From: Eledone cirrhosa
Lineage: Eukaryota
Direction: 5' to 3'
Assembly: GCA_964016885.1 (NCBI GenBank)
Contig: OZ024743.1
Location: 21,452,001-21,516,000, forward strand
DNA: 64,000 nucleotides
Of the stretch, positions 57,955 through 64,000 are shown piece by piece (the stretch's first letter is position 1; every line of letters starts with the position of its first letter). Made by a program: the position numbers and the translations under genes. The notes beneath the pieces were generated by a model. The model was given only the letters and a program-made list of their open reading frames with translations, ran no database searches and was not told where the DNA came from.

Positions 57955-60900
57955 GGTGAGAACACTATGGTGGCTGGATCATTAACACATTTATATATAA
58001 TAGTAAAAATAGAGTGCTGGGCAGAGGTGAGAACACTATGGTAGCTGGATTATTAAACCATTTATATATAATAGTAAAAATACAGTGCTGGGCAGAGGTG
58101 AGAACACTATGGTAGCTGGATTATTAAACCATTTATATGTAATAGTAAAAATAGAGTGCTGGGCAGAGGTGAAAACACTATGGTAGCTGGATTATTAAAC
58201 TATTTATATATAATAGTAAAAATACAGTGCTGGGTAGAGGTGAGAACACTGTGGTGGGTGGATTATTAAACCATTTAAATATAATAGTAAAAATACAGTG
58301 CTGGGTAGAGGTGAGAACACTGTGGTAGCTGGATTATTAAAGCATTTATATATTATAGTAAAAATACAGTGCTGGGCAGAGGTGAGAACACTATGGTAGC
58401 TGGATTATTAAACTATTTATATATAATAGTAAAAATACAGTGCTGGGTAGAGGTGAGAACACTATGGTAGCTGGATTATTAAACTATTTATATATAATAG
58501 TAAAAATACAGTGCTGGGCAGAGGTGAGAACACTGTGGTAGCTGGATTATTAAACCATTTATATATAATAGTAAAAATACAGTGCTGGGCAGAGGTGAAA
58601 ACACTATGGTAGCTGGATTATTAAACCATTTATATATAATAGTAAAAATACAGTGCTGGGCAGAGGTGAGAACACTATGGTAGCTGGATTATTAAACCAT
58701 TTATATATAATAGTAAAAATACAGTGCTGGGCAAAGGTGAGAACACTATGGTAGCTGGATTATTAAACCATTTATATATAATAGTAAAAATACAGTGCTG
58801 GGCAAAGGTGAGAACACTATGGTAGCTGGATTATTAAACCATTTATATATAATAGTAAAAATACAGTGTTGGGCAGAGGTGAGAACACTATGGTAGCTGG
58901 ATTATTAAACCATTTATATATAATAGTAAAAATACAGTGTTGGGCAGAGGTGAGAACACTATGGTAGCTGGATTATTAAACCATTTATATATAATAGTAA
59001 AAATACAGTGTTGGGCAGAGGTGAGAACACTATGGTAGCTGGATTATTAAACCATTTATATATAATAGTAAAAATACAGTGCTGGGTAGAGGTGAGAACA
59101 CTATGGTAGCTGGATTATTAAACCATTTATATATAATAATTTCTACTTTAGGCACAAGGCCAGCAATTACCCAGTGCATTACTGGTACTTTATTTCATCG
59201 ACCCCGTAAAGATGAAAGGCAAAGTCAACCTCGGCGGGTAGTAAAAATACAGTGCTGGGTAGAGGTGAGAACACTATGGTAGCTGTATTATTAAACCATT
59301 TATATATAATAGTAAAAATACAGTGCTGGGTAGAGGTGAGAACACTATTGTAGCTGGATTATTAAACCATTTATATATAATAGTAAAAATACAGTGCTGG
59401 GCAGAGGTGAGAACACTATTGTAGCTGGATTATTAAACCATTTATATATAATAGTAAAAATACAGTGCTGGGTAGAGGTGAGAACACTATGGTAGCTGGA
59501 TTATTAAACCATTTATATATAATAGTAAAAATACAGTGCTGGGCAGAGGTGAGAACACTATTGTAGCTGGATTATTAAACCATTTATATATAATAGTAAA
59601 AATACAGTGCTGGGTAGAGGTGAGAACACTATGGTAGCTGGATTATTAAACCATTTATATATAATAATTTCTGCTTTAGGCACAAGGCCAGCAATTACCC
59701 AGTGCATTACTGGTACTTTATTTCATCGACCCCGTAAAGATGAAAGGCAAAGTCAACCTCGGCGGGTAGTAAAAATACAGTGCTGGGTAGAGGTGAGAAC
59801 ACTATGGTAGCTGGATTATTAAACCATTTATATATAATAGTAAAAATACAGTGCTGGGCAGAGGTGAGAACACTATGGTTGCTGGATTATTAAACCATTT
59901 ATATGTAATAGTAAAAATACAGTGCTGGGTAGAGGTGAGAACACTATGGTAGCTGGATTATTAAACCATTTATATATAATTGTTTCTACTTGTGGCACAA
60001 GGCCAGCAATTACCCAGTGCATTACTGGTACTTTATTTTATCGACCCCCTAAGGATGAAAGGCAAAGTCAACCTCAGCGGGATTTGAACTCAGATCGTAA
60101 CGGGACGTAACTATACTGGAAAGCATGGCGTCCTACCCTCTACCGATACTGCCAATCCACCATTTATATATAATAGTAAAAATACAGTGCTGGGTAGAGC
60201 TGAGAACACTATGGTAGCTGGATTATTAAACCATTTATATATAATAGTAAAAATATAGTGCTGGGCAGAGGTGAAAACACTATGGTAGCTGGATTATTAA
60301 ACCATTTATATATAATAGTAAAAATACAGTGCTGGGCAGAGATGAGAACACTATGGTAGCTGGATTATTGAACCATTTATATATAATAGTAAAAATACAG
60401 TGCTGGGCAGAGGTGAGAACACTATGGTAGCTGGATTATTAAACCATTTATATATAATAGTAAAAATAGAGTGCTGGGCAGAGGTGAGAATACTATGGTA
60501 GCTGGATTATTAAATCATTTATATATAATAATTTCTACTTTAGGCACAAAGCCAGCAATTACCCAGTGCATTACTGGTACTTTATTTTATCGACCCCGTA
60601 AAGATGGAAGGCAAAGTCAACCTCGGCGGGTAGTAAAAATACAGTGCTGGGTAGAGGTGAGAACACTATGGTAGCTGGATCATTAAACCATTTATATATA
60701 ATAGTAAAAATACAGTGCTGGGCAGAGGTGAGAACACTATGTTTGCTGGATTATTAAACCATTTATATATAATAGTAAAAATACATTGCTGGGCAGAGGT
60801 GAGAACACTATGGTAGCTGGATCATTGAACCATTTATATATAATAGTAAAAATACAGTGCTGGGTAGAAGTGAGAACACGATGGTACCTGGATCATTAAA

Positions 60901-63900
60901 CCATTTATATATAATAGTAAAAATACATTGCTGGGTAGAGGTGAGAACACTATGGTAGTTGGATCATTAAACCATTTATATATAATAGTAAACATAGAGT
61001 GCTGGGCAGAGGTGAGAACACTATGGTAGCTGGATTATTAAACCATTTATATATAATAGTAAAAATACAGTGCTGGGCAAAGGTGAGAACACTATGGTAG
61101 CTGGATTATTAAACCATTTATATATAATAGTAAAAATACAGTGCTGGGCAGAGGTGAGAACACTATGGTAGCTGGATTATTAAACCATTTATATATAATA
61201 GTAAAAATACAGTGCTGGGTAGAGGTGAGAACACTATGGTACCTGGATCATTAAACCATTTATATATAATAGTAAAAATACAGTGCTGGGCAGAGGTGAG
61301 AACACTATGGTACCTGGATCATTAAACCATTTATATATAATAGTAAAAATACAGTGCTGGGCAAAGGTGAGAACACTATGGTAGCTGGATTATTAAACCA
61401 TTTATATATAATAGTAAAAATACAGTGCTGGGCAGAGGTGAGAACACTATGGTAGCTGGATTATTAAACCATTTATATATAATAGTAAAAATAGAGTGCT
61501 GGGTAGAGGTGAGAACACTATGGTAGCTGGATTATTAAACCATTTATATATAATAGTAAAAATAGAGTTCTTTTCAGAGGGAAGAACACTATGGTAGCTG
61601 GATTATTAAACCATTTATATATAATAGTAAAAATACAGTGCTGGGCAGAGGTGAGAACACTATGGTAGCTGGATTATTAAACCATTTATATATAATAATT
61701 TCTACTTTAGGCACAAGGCCAGCAATTACCTAGTGCATTACTGGTACTTTATTTTATCGACCCCGTAAAGATGAAAGGCAAAGTCAACCTCGGCGGGTAG
61801 TAAAAATACAGTGCTGGGCAAAGGTGAGACACTATGATAGCTGGATTATTAAACCATTTATATATAATAGTAAAAATACAGTGCTGGGCAGAGGTGAGAA
61901 CACTATGGTTGCTGGATTATTAAACCATTTATATATAATAGTAAAAATACAGTGCTGGATAGAGGTGAGAACACTATGGTAGCTGGATTATTAAACCATT
62001 TATATATAATAGCAAAAATACAGTGCTGGGTAGAGGTGAGAACACTATGGTAGCTGGATTATTAAACCATTTATATATAATAGTAAAAATACATTGCTGG
62101 GTAGAGGTGAGAACACTATGGTAGCTGGATCATTAAACCATTTATATATAATAGTAAACATAGAGTGCTGGATAGAGGTGAGAACACTATGGTAGCTGGA
62201 TTATTAAACCATTTATATATAATATTAAAAATACAGTGCTGGGTAGAGGTGAGAACACTATGGTAGCTGGATCATTAAACCATTTATATATAATAGTAAA
62301 AATACAGTGCTGGGCAGAGGTGAGAACACTATGTTTGCTGGATTATTAAACCATTTATATATAATAGTAAAAATACATTACTGGGCAGAGGTGAGAACAC
62401 TATGGTAGCTGGATCATTAAACCATTTATATATAATAGTAAACATAGAGTGCTGGGCAGAGGTGAGAACACTATGGTAGCTGGATTATTAAACCATTTAT
62501 ATATAATAGTAAAAATACAGTGCTGGGCAGAGGTGAGAACACTATGGTAGCTGGATTATTAAACCATTTATATATAATAGTAAAAATAGAGTGCTGGGCA
62601 GAGGTGAGAATACTATGGTAGCTGGATTATTAAACCATTTATATATAATAATTTCTACTTTAGGCACAAGGCCAGCAATTACCCAGTGCATTACTGGTAC
62701 TTTATTTTATCGACCCCGTAAAGTTGAAAGGCAAAGTCAACCTCGGCAGGTAGTAAAAATACAGTGCTGGATAGGGGTGAGGACACTATGGTAGCTGGAT
62801 TATTAAACCATTTATATATAATAGTAAAAATACAGTGCTGGGCAGAGGTGAGAACACTATGTTTGCTGGATTATTAAACCATTTATATATAATAGTAAAA
62901 ATACATTGCTGGGCAGAGGTGAGAACACTATGGTAGCTGGATCATTAAACCATTTATATATAATAGTAAAAATACAGTGCTGGGTAGAGGTGAGAACACT
63001 ATGGTAGCTGGATTATTAAACCATTTATATATAATAGTAAAAATACAGTGCTGGGCAAAGGTGAGAACACTATGGTAGCTGGATTATTAAACCATTTATA
63101 TATAATAGTAAAAATACAGTGCTGGGCAGAGGTGAGAACACTATGGTAGCTGGATTATTAAACCATTTATATATGATAGTAAAAATAGAGTGCTGGGTAG
63201 AGGTGAGAACACTATGGTATCTGGATTATTAAACCATTTATATATAATAGTAAAAATAGAGTTCTTTTCAGAGGGGAGAACACTATGGTAGCTGGATTAT
63301 TAAACCATTTATATATAATAGTAAAAATACAGTGCTGGGTAGAGGTGAGAACACTATGGTAGCTGGATCATTAAACCATTTATATATAATAGTAAAAATA
63401 CAGTGCTGGGCAAAGGTGAGAACACTATGGTAGCTGGATTATTAAACCATTTATATATAATAGTAAACATACAGTGCTGGGCAGAGGTGAGAACACTATG
63501 GTAGCTGGATTATTAAACCATTTATATATAATAGTAAAAATAGAGTTCTTTTCAGAGGGAAGAACACTATGGTAGCTGGATTATTAAACCATTTATATAT
63601 AATAGTAAAAATACAGTGCTGGGCAGAGGTGAGAACACTATGGTTGCTGGATTATTAAACCATTTATATATAATAGTAAAAATACAGTGCTGGGTAGAGG
63701 TGAGAACACTATGGTAGCTGGATTATTAAACCATTTATATATAATAGCAAAAATACAGTGCTGGGTAGAGGTGAGAACACTATGGTAGCTGTATTATTAA
63801 ACCATTTATATATAATAGTAAAAATACATTGCTGGGTAGAGGTGAGAACACTATGGTAGCTGGATCATTAAACCATTTATATATAATAGTAAACATAGAG

Positions 63901-64000
63901 TGCTGGGCGGAGGTGAGAACACTATGGTTGTTGGATTATTAAACCATTTATATATAATGGTAAAAATACAGTGCTGGGTAGAGGTGAGAACACTATGGTA
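57955..64000. repeat. 71-bp tandem satellite, more than 6 kb, running off the window end, with six SINE inserts
   Basis: Unit AGTAAAAATACAGTGCTGGGCAGAGGTGAGAACACTATGGTAGCTGGATTATTAAACCATTTATATATAAT. Confidence 0.98.
59981..60158 (-). mobile_element. Near full-length SINE family A inserted in the satellite, with a ~16-bp target-site duplication
   Basis: Flanked on both sides by ACCATTTATATATAAT; includes the head with B box. Confidence 0.85.

Noticed and set aside
48082-57955. First coding exon of the USP gene (expected V-x-I-A-x-D-G-S motif)
   Set aside because: No convincing match found by eye; probably beyond 64000, though I may have missed it
59079-62794. Repeated 62-67 aa ORFs MLGRGENTMVAG...
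   Set aside because: Satellite-SINE junction read-through with GTG starts; not plausible genes
57955-64000. CRISPR-like repeat array with inserts
   Set aside because: Head-to-tail satellite; the inserts are copies of one SINE rather than diverse spacers

Overview
Eukaryotic, AT-rich, repeat-dense DNA. The SINE/RTE repertoire and (TA)n/(GAT)n tracts suggest a coleoid cephalopod such as Octopus (inferred). Two intron-containing host genes converge tail to tail. On +, nine hand-spliced exons (5817-41980) encode the C-terminal ~346 aa of a TBK1/IKK-epsilon-like kinase (end of kinase domain, ubiquitin-like domain, scaffold region). On -, three exons (48081-44650) encode most of a universal stress protein (USP) with a His-rich tail. 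The 5' exons of both genes appear to lie outside the window. Introns hold decayed retroelements (Dong/R4-like, L1/Tx1, several RTE with a PHD finger, CR1), tRNA-derived SINEs, a deleted Tc1/mariner element, piggyBac-like TTAA MITEs, a 41-bp minisatellite derived from an RTE RT, and a >6-kb 71-bp satellite that has co-amplified SINE pieces. The most striking unexplained structure is a nest of fold-back inverted repeats in the kinase introns. It carries minimal type-I hammerhead ribozyme motifs, two of them in a 466-bp direct duplication on the sense strand of the host pre-mRNA (Penelope/retrozyme-like). No CRISPR, rRNA or genuine tRNA genes were found. All calls are from manual reading; no searches were run.
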